64,000 nt of DNA from Camelus ferus (GCF_009834535.1 NC_045697.1:4776001-4840000); one strand, 5' to 3'; counted from the stretch's first letter, positions 37,714-52,202 are shown. Program-made: numbers and translations. The notes: generated by a model from the sequence alone, not told the origin.

Positions 37714-38082
37714 GTGTTGGTTCGCTCAAGCTGCCGAGGCACCGTGGACCAGGTGGCTCAAAACGCCAGAAATTTGTTTGTTCACCATTCTGGGGGCTGG
37801 AGGTCCAGATCCAGGTGGGGGCAGGGTTGGCCCCTTCTTGAGGCCTCTCTCCTCAGCATGTAGACGGCCGTCTTCTCCCTGTGTCCTCACGTGGTCGTCC
37901 CTCTGTGAGTGTCTGTGTCCTGGTCGCCTCCTCTCAGGAGGACCCCGGTCAGATGGGATTAGAGCCCACCCAGCCTCTGATCATGTCTGTAAAGGCTCTG
38001 TCACGAACACAGTCACATTCTGAGGTTCTGGGGGCCAGGGCTTCAGCATACGGGCTTTAGGGGACGTTATTCAGCCTGTAAC
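37714..38082 (-). mobile_element. MaLR solo LTR (MLT1B-like)
   Basis: GAGGCCTCTCTCCTCAGCATGTAGACGGCCGTCTTCTCCCTGTGTCCTCACGTGG...ACAGTCACATTCTGAGGT...ATTCAGCCTGTAACA. Confidence 0.8.
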
Positions 38083-40822
38083 ACTATTACTGTTAGCACC
38101 TTCATTTTCCAGTCCGCTCTCTGTTAATCCATGTGGGCGGTGAGTGTGGTTGGCTGCGTGGCCCATGCCCGGCGCTGTGCCCTCCTGGGGATGCAGAGGA
38201 GGAGAGCCGTCCTCGTCTTAAAGGCGCTCGTGCTCTAGTTACTGGGGCCACGTGGTTCCGGCTTCAGCCTCTGGGGAAAGTACCTTTTAATAGATCAGGA
38301 AAATGAGGCTCCGAGTGTGACTGCCCAGCCACGTGACAGAATCAAAATCGGACCCCCCAGTGGCCAAAAGGCCGAAGGGCCTGTGTGTGGCATTTCTGCT
38401 GCCGTAAGAAAAGAATTCTGGATAAAATTGAATAAAATGAAAAATACCACAAAGATGAAGACCAGATACAAGAAAACTATACAAAACTGTCAGAGAAGAC
38501 AAATGTCTCAGAAAACGATTAAGTGTGGAGTGAAGAACAGAGGACAAAAAAGGATTTAAAAAATGGAGAGAAGATGGCCCAGAAGAGATACCTAACTGGT
38601 TTCAAAGGACAGGAAACTGAGTATGTTAAAATCAGACTTTAGGATAAGGCACCAGTCAGAAACCAACAGCGAGAAACTCAGGAACCCAGTGGCACCGGGA
38701 GCCTCCACCTCCTCTCAGGGGCATGAGGACGTCGGGCCAGGGTGGCCGCACGCCTCCCGGAGGTGCCTGGTGAGGCTGCTGGGGCAGCGGGAAGCGTGCG
38801 GTCCAGGAGCCCCTCACTCACGCCAGGGCGACCTTCCCGGCATCCCGCCCTGACGGCTCCTGCCCATTGCTTTGCTTGGTGCCTGTCTGTGTCTATGGAC
38901 TCCATCCCCTGGAGCCCCCTGCTTCCCACTGGAAGGTCGCTCCGTGAGACCAGGGACCTCGTTGGCCCTGTTCCCAGCTGTGTTCTTAGCGCCTGAAATG
39001 GAGCCCCACACACGCTAGGTGCACAGTGAAAATGTGCTGAGTGAAAGAATGAACAGATCTGTGAACTAATGATTCTTGGGCAGGTGTGCTTTCTCTTTTT
39101 TAACTTCTCTGAGCCTCAGGTTTCTTATCTGTAAATGGGAAATTGTTTCATAATGCCTCCAGTCTTTTGTGGGCATAAGAGAAATGATTTTCTCTTTGCA
39201 AATGGACTGCATTCTCCTTCCCCCTCCAAGCCTTCAGGGGCTCTCTGGGCAGTTCTCTGGACAGAGTGGAGGGTCCCCTAGCCCCCCTGGAGTTTCCAGA
39301 GCTCCAGGCTTCATGGCATGTGTTCCAGGCTCCTGCCTGCCTGCCCGTAGAGCGTCAGCGTCTCCCTTCCTTTTGCTGCTCAGCAGCAGCTCATGGGAGG
39401 CCAGCGTTTGCTGAGGGGTAAGTTTAGGTGACAGTGAGCGCTCCCGTGCCTCATTCTCTAATCGGTTCACCCGGTTGGACTTCGGTTTCCTTGAGGGACC
39501 CGTAGGCCTTCCTACATGATGACAAGAAGGCCAGGTGTGTTTGGGGCTGAAACTGGTCAGACCCAAAGTCTGAGTGAGGTTCATGTCCACCCCAGGTGAG
39601 AACCCTGGTCTGCCCTGCGTGGCGGTCAGCCGTGCAGAGGCTCACACTGCAAATGGGAGAATAAAGGAGCTATTTAAAACTACAGGTGCCCAAGGGGATG
39701 AAATCCTCCAAGTCGGTGTGTGGAGGTGTCTGGGATTTCAGGGGTGGGAGCACTGCCCTGGTGTATTTTCAGAGGCAGTTCCACATCTCTGGGCTTCAGT
39801 ATCCCAAACCCGAAAAAGAGAGGAGTGAGAAGACCCCCCCAAATCTCTTCTTGTTCTGACAGCTTAAAACAACGTGAGAGCGGTGGAGAGGCAGTAAAGA
39901 CAGTGGCCCCTGACTCATCGCCAAAGCAGGAGGCGGTACCGTCAGAAGTGCCCTATGTCGGGTCTGGAAGCTGCTTTCTCACACACATGTGCACAAGTGC
40001 AGACCTAGATGCACGTGGACATGGACACATACATACACACGCACACGCGCACGCACCTCAAATTCATACAAGGTTAGAGGTCGAGAAGGAAAAATCTAGA
40101 ACATTCGTCTCAAGTTTCTTACAATATATTGTAGCAACCGCACGCCCACCTTATGAAACCATCACTGTGTCTCACATGGCCCGTGGCTTCTGACTCCAGG
40201 CTGTCGTCTGAAACATGTTTCCCGAGCCTGGAAGTTTATGTAGGAAGCAAGGGGCTGAGGATTTAGGTTTTGTAAAGAGGTGGAGACAGCTCTGTAGATC
40301 GCTTTCAGCCCCTCTCGGCTTAGACCCTGGGAGTCAGTGAACGCAGGGAGGAGGGACCCAGAGGCAGGAGAGAGCAGCAGAGGCAGCCGAACACGGGCCT
40401 CGGTTTGCGGGTCAGGAGAGCCTGGAGCTCGCAGGGCGCTGTGGACGTTCCGAAGCCCCGACAGCTCCGGAGCAGAAGGGGCCAAGCGGTCGCTTCCTAG
40501 TTGTCTCTTCTTTAAAGGCTTGTTTTGTTTTTTGTTTTGAATTTCCATTTCCCTCCTGGAACAAAAAAGAAGCTGGTAGTAGTTTGATTTCCTTCTGGAG
40601 CCTCCCTTAGCTTGTCCTGCTGGCCCATGATGCGTCTGGGATACTCCAGTGTTCCCAGTAGCAACTGCAGGGCATGGATCCGGGGTTTCCTACTGGTCCA
40701 CCAGGGCCCATCAGGTTAGGGGAAAATGCCCTGGAGTGGCCATGATAGGATTACACGGGGGGTGCCTAGCCCACTGGACGTCCAGTTGCAAGTCCCCCGG
40801 CCAGGTTATCTGCAAGGAGAAG

Positions 40823-40870
40823 ACCGCCACCGCCACCGCTGCTGCCGCCGCCACCACCGCCACCACCATC
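40823..40870. repeat. (CCG/CCA)n short trinucleotide repeat
   Basis: ACCGCCACCGCCACCGCTGCTGCCGCCGCCACCACCGCCACCACC. Confidence 0.8.
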
Positions 40871-41518
40871 TACACCAATAGCAGTAATACTTTCATAGCA
40901 CTGCCCCCTATGTGGGAACTCTTCAAATGAATTCTCACAGCCACCCTAGAGTTGAATACAATTCCCATTGTACAGATGAAGACACTGAGGCCCAGAGAGG
41001 TCAATACCTTGTCCAGAGACAGAGCGCTGGTGAGTGATGGGCCAGCCCTGACCTGGGCAGTCCGCTCTCAACACAACCCTGCATGGCTTTTCGGTTGCAG
41101 GACATTCTGCCTCCACGTGTGGGGAGAAGTGTGTGCTCCCAGTGGGCCTCCTCAGACCACCCGGTCGGACAGATGGCAGTCACAACGCTCACCCCGTGTT
41201 TCCTGAGCAGGGGCGGACTGGAAGCCCCGCCTGACCCCAGCCCCGTGTGTTTCACCCCAGGGGCCCACTGCCCGTGCTGTCTTGGCAGTGAGGGAAGCTG
41301 CTGTTTGGATTTCACACGTGCCTCCGGGAGAGAAGGAGGCATCACAGTCCCATAGACCTTTCCCCCAAAGGGACTCTGAGGCCCCAGCAAGCCCCAGCCC
41401 CTCAACAGCCAGAGGCCCGCTTAGCTCCAGGCACGGGGGGCGGAAACACACCAATACTGCCCGTGTGCCCCATGCCGAGACCTGCTGACTGATGTGCTTT
41501 CTTTTTTTCTTTTTCTAG

Positions 41519-41572
41519 AATAGAATACAGCTAGAAGCCCTTTTCACCATAACAACAGAAGAAAAGGTAACG
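41519..41572 (+). CDS. EVC2: EVC2 coding exon 7
   Basis: Long pyrimidine tract then TAG|AAT; donor ACG|GTAAGA; 54 nt. Encodes NRIQLEALFTITTEEKVT. Confidence 0.92.
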
Positions 41573-42240
41573 GTAAGAGAAAGTGTGTGACCCGGATGCC
41601 CGCCTCTGCCCCTGGCGTGTCTCTTTCTGCCAGTGATGTGTGGCCTCTCACTGCTCTCAGGAGCTGAGGGGAGGGGCCCCCGCTGGCCTTAGACTCCAGG
41701 CGCACGTGGAGGCTGGGGTCCCCTGGCCCGAGACCGCCCGGCTAGTTTCCCGGGTGCCCCCTTCATCAGGGGCGGGCCGGGTAGGTCAGCGCCCAGACAG
41801 GCTGAGGCCCTGCCCACCCACCTGTGCGCCTGCTCAGCTGTTCCTGCCTGCCCTGCAGTGTTCGTTCCGGGGCCAGTGGGTGGTCACGCCTTGTCTTCCC
41901 AGAGTTTCCCAGATCTTCCCAGGGCCGTCCAGGGGCAGCCACGCTTCCTCTGCTGTTCACCATCAAACTTCTCCATCTTTGTTCACCATTCGATCACCCG
42001 CGGCTCGTGCCTTCACTCATTTGCTTGCTCATCAAATGTTTATTCACCAAATGATCACACTTCACATTTCTTAAGTGCCCTCTCGCTGCCGGCAGCCTAA
42101 GCAAAGGACACAGGTTGAATCATGTCGCCTTCAGCACAGTCTTGGGGGACAGATTGTACTTTTAAATCCCCTCCATTTCAGTGGATGGGGAAGCTGAGGC
42201 ACACCTAGGTCAGGTAGTCTGCCTGAGGTCACATGGCTAG

Positions 42241-42782
42241 TGTGTCAGGGTTCCCAGACCACCCCCAGGTTCAGTGGTTCCCCAGGAGGACTCACAGGAC
42301 GGCACGCGTGGTTGTACCAGGCTGGTTTATCACAGAGAAAGGATGCAAAGCAGAGTTGGCAAGAGCACAGGCACATGGGGTGAGGTCTGGAGGGTACCAG
42401 GTGCAGGCTTCCAGAGTCTTCTCCCAGTAGAGGCACGCAGGACATGCTTCATTCCTCAGGCGTCAAGTTGTGACAACATATGTGAAGTGCCATTCCATTC
42501 CCAGGGAAGCTCAGGAGAGTCCCCAGGATTTGTCCTGGGAGCTGGGCGCGAGGGCACCCTCTGCCTGGCACATCCCAGGACTCCAGACTCCCCGAAGGAC
42601 AGCAGGTGTTCAGCGTAAATCACATCGTTTGCACAACAGTTTAGGCCTCGTGAGCTGCTTTTATTGGGATGGTGGGAACCCTTCGAAATTCCGGTTCCCA
42701 GATGCCAGCTAAGACCCAGCCTTGGGAGCAGCCCCTTCAAGGGATGGAAGTCTTGAGCCTGCTGTGTGAGTCTTTCTGCACA
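42241..42782 (-). mobile_element. ERVL solo LTR (MER68-like) inserted into a MIR
   Basis: TG...CA ends, flanks GCTAG / GGTAG (4 of 5 match, degraded 5-bp TSD). MIR sequence (GCTGAGGCAC...GGTCACATG and GGATTTAACCCAGG) continues on both sides. Confidence 0.75.
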
Positions 42783-45700
42783 GGTAGTGTTAGAACAGGA
42801 TTTAACCCAGGCGCTTTGGCTCCAGTGGGCCACACTCTCTCCCAGAGAGTCGATTTCTTGCCCAGAAAAGGTGGGAACAAAACAAGAGTTAAGGACACAG
42901 GCAGACGATTCTCCTGGCTGATCTGGGAGCTCCTGCCGGGTGGGACCGTGTCTGATTCATTCCTACGACCCCCTCTGTGCCTGACACTGTGGGTGGCACG
43001 CGACAGGTAGAGATCCCTTGATTGAGTTGATTGTCATCAGTGTCATCAGTGATTGCCCTGCAGTGGAGGAGATGGCTGGTCACTGCGTGACTGCAATAAA
43101 GGTCAGAGAACGTTCATTTAATTAGTATTTATGAGCCCTTCCTCTGGGCCCCAGACCCCCTCACGTAGATAGAGACAAACCATTCCCAGGACTTTGGGGT
43201 GTCTCCAGCTCGCACACTGCCTACAGAAGAACAGGAATAGGTTTCTCTGGGCTGCGGACCCATGGGTGCAGGGTTTGGCAGTGGAGCAGTGGGCTGGATG
43301 TGAGCCCCATTGGCCCCTGGGCCAGATGACCTCTGCCTGTGGACCATGTTCAAGGAGGTCACTGAGGGGGAATTTTTGTGTGTGATCTTGGGCACGGTGC
43401 TTACCTCCGTGGGTCTCAGTTTCTTAGCTGTAAAATGAGAATAATAGTAGTTCCCGTTTCATAGGGTGGTCGTCAAAGTCAAAGGTGCAGGTAAAGCACT
43501 CAGCACAGGGCCTGGCCTCCTGTGAGTGCTCCGTAAACGTCGCCGGTATTATTACACAAGCGCACAACACCGCTGTGCGAGGGTTCCGTGTGAATTGTGA
43601 ATGAACGTTATGTATCAGGGCCTCAAGCCCAAGTTCCCTTGGGGGCCGCACAGGTGCTCCCAGTGTGGGAGTCAGGCCCAGGCAAGATTCTAGGGCGTTG
43701 TGGAGTCTGGGGCAGCCTAGAGACTCAGCTCGCCCATCACCCACCATTCCTCCCCCAACACTGAGACGTTAAACCAGGGGAAAAAAGGCCAAACAGTGCA
43801 CATCAACTGTGGCTGAATTTGTGAGGTTGTGACCCAACAAATAACCACAGGTGCTGGGGATACTGACAAGAGAGACGGGCTGCTGGGTGGGCTGGCTGGA
43901 TGGCAGGCCTCCTGGAGGAGGTAAGAATTCAGCTGGATCTTAAAGGAAGGACTTCATTAAAACGGAGGAGAGATGTGTGTAACTGCATTGCTTTGCTGTA
44001 CACATGAAACTAACACAAATAGACTGTACTTCAGTGAAAAATAAGAATTAAAAAAAGATGAAGGAGAGGTTCCTGAAATACGCAGCTGAAGATCTGACAT
44101 CAAGGTTAAGCCTATTTGACTGTGGGTTGGACATGAACCGAGATAGACTGGACGCATGCACAGTGCCTAGTACCACTAAGGACACGAAAGGACGCAGCAA
44201 GGCCCTTGCCAGCTGTAGCGTATATTCTAGCAGGGCTGACTTGGGCGCCTGCAAAGCTAGCACCATTATGCTAGGGAAGTGTGACAGTGGTGAGTAGCGG
44301 GAGCTCGGCGGCAGGGTAGGCACTCCTCTGACACTTTCATCAAGCAGTTAGAAAACACAAAGTAAAGACATTAAGTTATCCATTGTGTAAATTGGGGTCT
44401 GCAACACTTGGAAGAGACCCCATCATCTCCTTGATTTATTATTAATTTCCTGCCAGCGAAAGTGACGTATGTCCACTAAGGCCCCAAAAAGTCTTCTTAC
44501 CCTTTCTGTCTCCTGGATGAATGGAGTCTCTTTGAGAGGAAAATAATCTCTCCACCTCTTGCTGGACATTGAATTCAGGCAGTCCGGGGAACTGGACTTC
44601 CCTCCAGCTGGGCACTGTGCCAGGTACCAGGGAGAAGGCCGTCATACTCCGCTACAAGGATCTGGATCTAATCAAGAGAGGGACATTTAAACCAATTGTT
44701 GCATCACCCAAATTCATTTAGAATGTAGTTCCAGTAATAATCATAGTGGAATTTTGCAGAAGGATGTGATCAAATCATAGTTTCACCTGAAAATATAAAC
44801 TTAGGAAGCTAGTGAGACCATTTTGAAATGAAGAGTAACGTGGAAGGATTTGCCCTAGCAGATTAAAAAAAAATCAGAAAGCTACATTAATGCTGTATGT
44901 ATAATGGTCCCGCAAGAAAAGTCAGACCAGTGGAATGAAGTAGAATGTCTACATGTATGTATGTGATAAAATGCTATTTCAATCAATGGGAGGAGAATGT
45001 TTCACTCATAAATTTGGAGGCAACTGACTGGATCTTTTGAAAGAAAAATGAAGATGAATTCCCTAAACAGATTTAAATCTAAATAGACAAAACAGTTTGT
45101 GGAAAGTAAATATTGGTTAATACGCTATGAAAAAAAACCATGGAGGAAAATCATGGATTTGAGGACACAAATAGTTGAAAACTTTACATTTGAAAACAGC
45201 ATTGGGAATGAGAAGTGGCAAACTTGGGAAACTATTTGCAACACACATTAAAAAGGATTAAAGTCTTTAATATAGAAAGATCTTGTATTAATTACTAAGA
45301 TAAAGAAAGCCTCAGTACATAACTATGTACGGTATGAGAATTTCTCAAATACGAGGATTTACAATGTGTGCCCTTGAGCACAGTGGAGAGAGCATGTAAC
45401 TCTGTGGGCGGAAGCATGTGGCTTTGAGTTTGACTCGCAGGATGGGAGGCATGTGGTCACATATCACATTTGCCTTCTGGGGGTCACGTCTTGTTTGGAT
45501 GAGTGCACCAGCCTCCTGCCCGTCCAGCCCTGCTCCCCTCCAGCGCATTGTTCTCACTGCAGTAATCTTTTTGAAGCACCAACCTGCTCACTTTCTGTTC
45601 TGGAGGGGCTCCCTATTGCCTGCTGGAAGAAGGATTCAGTGTCCACCAGGAAAGGGGGCCTCTGCTGGCTCCCTGGGCTGTGGGATTCCAGTGTTTTCCA

Positions 45701-48700
45701 CGTCGCTCTGATCTTCTCTTACTTGTCCTCTGGGCAGCTTGTAAACATCCTGCAGGACCCTGACCAACTTTCTCCACTTCTGATTGCTCTGCATCCCCAA
45801 GGCATGCTCCTGGCACCTCTTGCTGGAGTCCCATGACATTGGGACATCTGATATACCTTGTCACTCTGTGATACTGAGATTATTCCCCTGGTTGACACTT
45901 AATACATTTTGTTGACCTCAGAATAGAACTTTTGCCGAGGGAGAGACTTTAAATATACAGTTTTACTTCCTCCTTTGAGAGTAAAACACCCAGGTCCTTA
46001 GAGACTCTGGGAACTGGCCAAGGTCCTGAAGCTTGGTGACAGCATTGCGGAATGGAATCCTGCTGTGCGGTTTGTTCTGTAATCCAAGCCTTGTTCACTA
46101 GGTTGTAACTTACCAGCTCTATTAGTAAGTGTGATTGTCTCCACCGGTGGTTAACTCCAAGCTCTCGCTCTTGCTGGAACTGTCCATCTCTGCCCTCAGA
46201 GCTGCCCTTCAAAGGCTGTGGGACAAGGGTCAGCAAGTCACTGACCCTTCTGCTTCTTCAACAAGAATTTCAGCTAAATCGCTCCTAAAATCTCTTCCAG
46301 GGAAGTCATTCTGTGTGATGTCCCCTTCAAACTCTTCTGTTTGGGAAGGGGTGAGATTTAATATATGTCCATGTGGACATAAACAGCCTCTCTAAACACA
46401 GAGACAGACAAAATAGCATTACCTCATGTCCCCACCTCCAGACAGAACAGTTGCTAACACGATGGTTTCTTGCCTTCTGCAAGTCTATGAATATATTTAT
46501 TACATAGTTGAAGCCAAACTGTATAAACAATTTCTCCTCATGCTTTTGTAACTTGTTATTGGATTTTAAGCATTTAAAGCATTTCTTTTGAAAGGTTTTT
46601 TTTTTTTTTTTGGTCTGGCATCACTCTTCCTAAACTCAGTGGTGGAACTCATCAAAGGAATCTGCTACCAGCTAATGTGTGATTAAAGGGGTGGTAGTGA
46701 CGGCTGAGTCTTTTTCAGAGACAGGAGGGAAAGTTAGCCGGGGGCTCTGAGGATAAGAAAGCTGGGGTCCCTGATCCCCCTTCTTTTTCTTTATTCTTAG
46801 ATAATGAAATTTAAGATAAATGGGCTCTTTGAAATCTGTACTTACAATGATTATCAGTGGAATTCGTCTGCAAGATTTTTGCCCTCATTTTACAAATGAG
46901 GAAACTTCAGCTTAGAGAAAGGAAGGCTCGGGGTCCCGCAGTGTGGTAGGGGGCAGAGCTGCGAGCTGAACCCCAGCTAGAGCCTCAGTCCGTGGTCTTT
47001 ACGAATATGTCCTACTGCTTCTGACAGCCTTGTTTCTTGTCTTCGTCATTTCTCCCTTGGCTGTGACATCCAGGGTTATCCTCCAGACTGAAGTCACACA
47101 GTAGCCAGATTTCTTTTTCTAAAATATTGGTCTTACTGTGTTACTTCCTGGCTTAGAACCTTGCAGTGATCCCCGCCTCCCCAGCCTCCTCTTGAAAGCC
47201 CTTTGGGACTCAGGCTGTGTCTCTTGCCACCTGCAGGTCCCATTCACGCCATTTCCTCTGCTTGGCTGACCCTCCTCTTGGTCTGGCTTGTTGTCCTCTG
47301 CCCATGGGTCACCTCTTGGAAGGTCTTCTTTGTCCTTTGAGCCAGTTTAGAGGTTGCACATCCTCCCACCTTAATCCTCGGGCATCCCCCTCACCCCAGC
47401 CTCATGTCACCCCAGCCTGCGTGCCTAGCCATTCCTCCGCAGGATGCTGAGCTCCTTGGAGCAGAGTCCAGGTCTCTTTCCTCCTTGTCTCTCCCACGCC
47501 TGGCACTGGGCTCATCGAATCCATGAATTAACTTGATGTCACAGAAAGTCACAACCACACGCAAACATCAAGTCAAACCTGTGAGCCATTGTGATGTAGC
47601 CACTTAATAGGGTTTCAGGCAGAGGGGATGATAGAGAAGCTTGGTTTTGCACACGTGAAGTGTGAGTTCTGAATTTAAAGCATAGTTTGAAAGATCAAAA
47701 AGGAAGTACTTGTCCTCTGGTGAAAGTTCGATAAAAATGTTGATAGTTAAACAGTTTTGATGGGACTGTGAAGGCGTTTGGCCAGAGACTCAGGAATTCT
47801 AAAACTCTGCCCTGCTAGTCACTCACCACAAAAGGGTGAGTGGTGTGCTCAGGGTGGGAACCAGAATGTTCACGGTGGCACCGGCGCCTGGTGGGCCCAT
47901 GCAGGGCAACAAGTAAAAGGCCAGGCTGGAGTCTGGGGAGGCAGCTGTGGCGTGGAGGCTGCTCGCCTGAACTGCTGGGTGTGAATCCTGGGTCTGCTAC
48001 TTAACAGCTCTGTGGCCTTGGGCCATCTGTTTAATTTATTTGTACTTTGGCACAATAATTTGAAAGTATGGATTGAAATAGTGCCCACTTTATAATATGG
48101 TCACGGGGAGTAAATGGATAATGTGTGTAAAGCATGGCAGACACCCGGTAAACACTCCTGATTAAATAGATGAGCCGAGCTTTGCACGGGGCCCCTCCGC
48201 CTCAGGGTGTGGTTTAATCTCCTTGCTGTGGGGTATTTTTAGCCCCATATTACAGATGAGAGAACCGAGGTTCCCAGAAGTCAAGTCAGTTGCCCAGAGC
48301 ATCGCAGCTATTTGATAGAAGAGGCATTTGCATTTAGGTCTAAATGATTTGCAATGCAGAGCTGTTTTTATTTTTGCTCAAAATGTCTTTGGGAGAATTT
48401 AAGGAGTTGATTGTTGTGAAAGCGTCAACCCAGGGGTTCTCAAAGTGTCTGGTTCCCAGACAAGCAGACAGCAGCATCCCCTGGCAACTTGCCAGCAACT
48501 CCACTTCTCAGTTCCTGCCCTGGGTCTAGTGACTCAGAAACTCCAAGGGTGGGCCCGGCGATTCATGTTGCCACAGACCCTTCGGATGACTGTGGCGTGA
48601 GCTCCAGTGTGAGCCCACAGCCTGACCCATCCCGAGTGCTTAGCAAAATGGCAGCTGCTGCCGTCATTGGCACCATGTTCCAGATCCCCCAGAACTGGTG

Positions 48701-49382
48701 GAGGGAGGGGCAGATGGGGAGTGTCTAGAGCATCTTGCTTCTTACAGTTGTTTTTTGCTGCCAGCCACTCCTGGCCCATCCGTGGACTCACACTAGGCCC
48801 AGGCTGTCGCTGATTGGAGCCCAGAGGAAGCCTTCGAGGAGAGGGAAGTAGGCAGGGCACATCAAAGTAAGCTCATGTGAGCTCTGGAGTCCACCGTGCC
48901 TCGTCGTTCATTGGGTTGCCTGGCAGCTGGCCTGCCTCCGCCTGTGTGGTGCTCCCCCCACCACGTGCATCCTTCAGAGTGATCCTGAGGTCCAGAGTGG
49001 GCCACACCTCCCAGGGCAATAGCATCTGCAGATTTCTGCCCGACTCGAAATATTTCACAGATACTTCGTGCTGCCTTAGGTTTGTTATGTATTTGAGTTG
49101 GGAATTTAACCTTCCTGAGTGCCTGTGATGTGCCAGCCTTGGGGTGGATGGTCCTACTGTATGCATGCCTCCATGTTCAGCTCCTTGAAGTATTTGCCCC
49201 ATTTAGCTCAGGCCCAGAGAGGTCCAGTGATGGTCTCAAGGTGACCAGCTAGTAGGTGCCAGAGCCCAGTCCAAACCCAGGTGGGTCTCGCTAACTGTTC
49301 CACTCTCCCTTAGTCACAGCTTGATTTGAGAGATGGAAGGCATGACCACGAACAAATCTCTCTCTGCCTCTTATCCCCGTAG

Positions 49383-49517
49383 GTCCTGCCAAACCACGGC
49401 CTCCACGCGGCCGGGTTCTTCGTGGCCTTCATCCTCTCCCTTCTGCTGACCTGGACTGCGCTTTTCTTCATGGTTCGATATCGGTGTTTGAAGGGAAGCC
49501 TGCTTACCAGACATCAG
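49383..49517 (+). CDS. EVC2: EVC2 coding exon 8 (transmembrane helix)
   Basis: Acceptor CCCCGTAG|GTC, donor CAG|GTGGGA; 135 nt. Encodes VLPNHGLHAAGFFVAFILSLLLTWTALFFMVRYRCLKGSLLTRHQ. Confidence 0.96.
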
Positions 49518-50242
49518 GTGGGAATCCATCTGCATCTTCTTCCTGGCGGGTGGTTGGCTGGTGGTAGACGTGGGGTGGAAGTTTATCCTTCAGTTCGGTG
49601 GGTTTCAAGTCTGGACAGATGCCGGAATCCCCGGGGGAGCCGCGGAGGTGCGCTCAGACCCAGGTCCTCCTGCAGAGGTCTGACCGCTTTGTCCTGGGTG
49701 CATCACCATCCTTAGTAGTTTTTAAAAGCTCCCTGGATGACCCTAATGTGACCAGGACGGAGAATCCCTGCATTCTGGCCGAATCACTGAGCACCCACCT
49801 GTGTGGCCCACTTTGTATTCATGCCACATCCTAATTCAGGCCCTGGTCCACACTGTCCTCTGAAAAGACTTTGAAGACTCACTTCATCCTCAGGGTGAAG
49901 CCCAGACTCCTTAGCACAGCTCATAAGGAAAGCCTCCCGTGGTCCAGCCTCACATGTCAACATCCCGCTCTACCCATGACTGGGTGTCTCCGAGACCCCC
50001 GAGCTCTCCACACTCACCTCGGATGCTTTTTCGATCCTCTCTCTGTTTGTCAACAAGCAGAACTCTGACACATCCTTTAAGACTCATCTTGGACTTTGCC
50101 CCTCCCTGGACATCATTACTGGCCATCTCCTGGCTGAGTTAGGGGCCCTCTCTCTGGGTCCCTGCGCTAGCTTCCGGACCCCACGCAGCATTTATCCTAA
50201 TGTATTAGGCCCATCTGTGAACTCCTCGATCTCGGCTTTCCT

Positions 50243-50600
50243 GTCTTGCTCTGGGTTCCCACAGAAGCACATCCTGAGACCAGGATCCACATACAAATAG
50301 TTCCTATGGGGAAGTGATCCCAGGAAATAATGAGAGGGGTGGGGGAGTGAGGCCGAAAGGGAAGGCAGCCAATCAAGTCATGACTGTGGGCACCTGAGCT
50401 TCATCCCCCATGGGAATGGAACACTGGGGCCAGTGTCGATCTAGCTTTGGCATCAGCCCGCCTAAAGGGAGATGGAGCTGGGACACTCAGCCATCAGATC
50501 CCACTGGTCATTGGTTGAGGACAAGAGGGCAAGGGGGCCAGGCCAAAGGGTGATGTTATTTCCCCGGCATGGGTTCTGAAGGCCAGCAGGAGCCTTCAGG
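50243..50600. mobile_element. ERVL LTR (LTR33-like)
   Basis: TGTCTTGCTCTGGGTTCCCACAGAAGCACATCCTGAGAC...GTGATCCCAGGAAA...GGGAAGGCAGCCAAT...TGGTCATTGGTTGAGG; right end approximate. Confidence 0.62.
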
Positions 50601-51837
50601 GAAGGAAGCGTAGGTATTGGCTGGTGGATCTTGGGTGAGAGGGCACTGAGTGGCGAGGGTGAGGGGACATGGTTGGAGGATGAATGGTGGCTGCGATATT
50701 CCATCACCTGGTACAGAGCCCGGTGCTTAGAAGGCATTCGATGAATGTGTGAAGGAATGAATGCACCCTCGGCCAATCAGTAATGGACAGACAGAGGAAG
50801 GTGAGAAGGCACTGAGGGGAGTGAGCCCCTGGTTGGGCTGTTCCGTCCTGCAGGGCCACCGGGGCTCAGCTGCTGCGATGCATTGTCACCCAGAGGTCCA
50901 GCACCGCCTTGAAAGGAACATCTGTTATCTTCCTCCCTCCCTGGATGGTGAGGGAACTGAAGCCCCTGAAGTTAAACAACCTGCTTCAAGTGTGAGCGTA
51001 GGCTGGGACCTGGCTTCTGAGGAGCCCCCGCCTCCCTGGAGGCTGGCAGTCCTGCCCTCACCGTTCCTTTTGCCTCTGCTTCCTGGAGGAGAGAATTGTC
51101 ATTTCAAAATGAGGTCAGGCCACCCTCTCCTGGGCAGGCAAAAGGCTTTGAGGAGAAGGAAAATGGCCCAGCTAATGAGACATCCTGCTTCCTCTCCCAA
51201 AGCTGTTATCGATCACAGAACAAAACTCACCCTGCTGTTTTGATGAAGGAACAAGGATTCATTGCTCGGAGATTAAAGTCTGATTGTTACAACCGTGGGA
51301 GGAAAGCAGAGTATGAATCTGATTTCAGGTCTGAAGACCCTTGTAGTATTTTTTTTTTCCTGCATCACAAAATGAACTCTTTTCACATTTAAAAGAATTT
51401 TTCCACTGCGGTGGTGATCAGTGGGGCCACGTGCTGTAAAACAGAAGATAGCCTTTAGAGGTAGGTAGACTTGGGATCAAACACCACCGAGGCTCTTTAT
51501 GGGCTGTGTGAACTCAGATGATGTCATTTCATCAGTCTGAGCTGCAGTTCCCATACATGTAAAGCGGGGGCGTCAGCACTTCTTTTGTGTGACAATTTCA
51601 TGATATAACACATACAAGGCACGGGGACAGGAATTCTTAAATGTGAGTATAATTATCACCCATTTCTGCAGAGTTAATGATGTTGGTGCAAAACAGGCAC
51701 ATCGTCCATCCGGTCGGAGGGTTGAGCTTAATTATCTCTGATGGCACTTCCATCTTCCACATCTGTATTTTGATTAGAAACCCAGTCAGATCCATGATGT
51801 TGAAGTTCATCTGCTAAATGTAATTTTCCCCTGCACG

Positions 51838-51933
51838 ACGATGGGGATGCTGTTGGGGATGATCATGATGGTGATGGTGATGATGGTGGTGGTGATGATG
51901 ATGGTGATAATAAGATGGCGGTGATGATGATGA
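51838..51933. repeat. (GAT/GGT)n trinucleotide low-complexity repeat
   Basis: GATGATGGTGATGGTGATGATGGTGGTGGTGATGATG... Confidence 0.85.
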
Positions 51934-52202
51934 AATATTTTTATTGGGTCTTTATAGTTACGAAGGTCTTTCCAGCCATTGCTTTGTTTTAGCCACACAA
52001 CAAGCTTGTGCACAGCTACCAGAATTGTGATCCTATTTCTCTGACAAGAAAATGAGGCTCAGCAAAGTGTCTTGCCTGCTCACCAGTGCTGGGGCCAGCT
52101 AGGTTCTCTGCCTGGGGATCCCCGCCTTCCTCCATGACTTTCCCAGCCCATGGCCTTCAGAAGAAGAGCCACTCAATTGTTGTTTCTGAAATTCTCCTGC
52201 AG

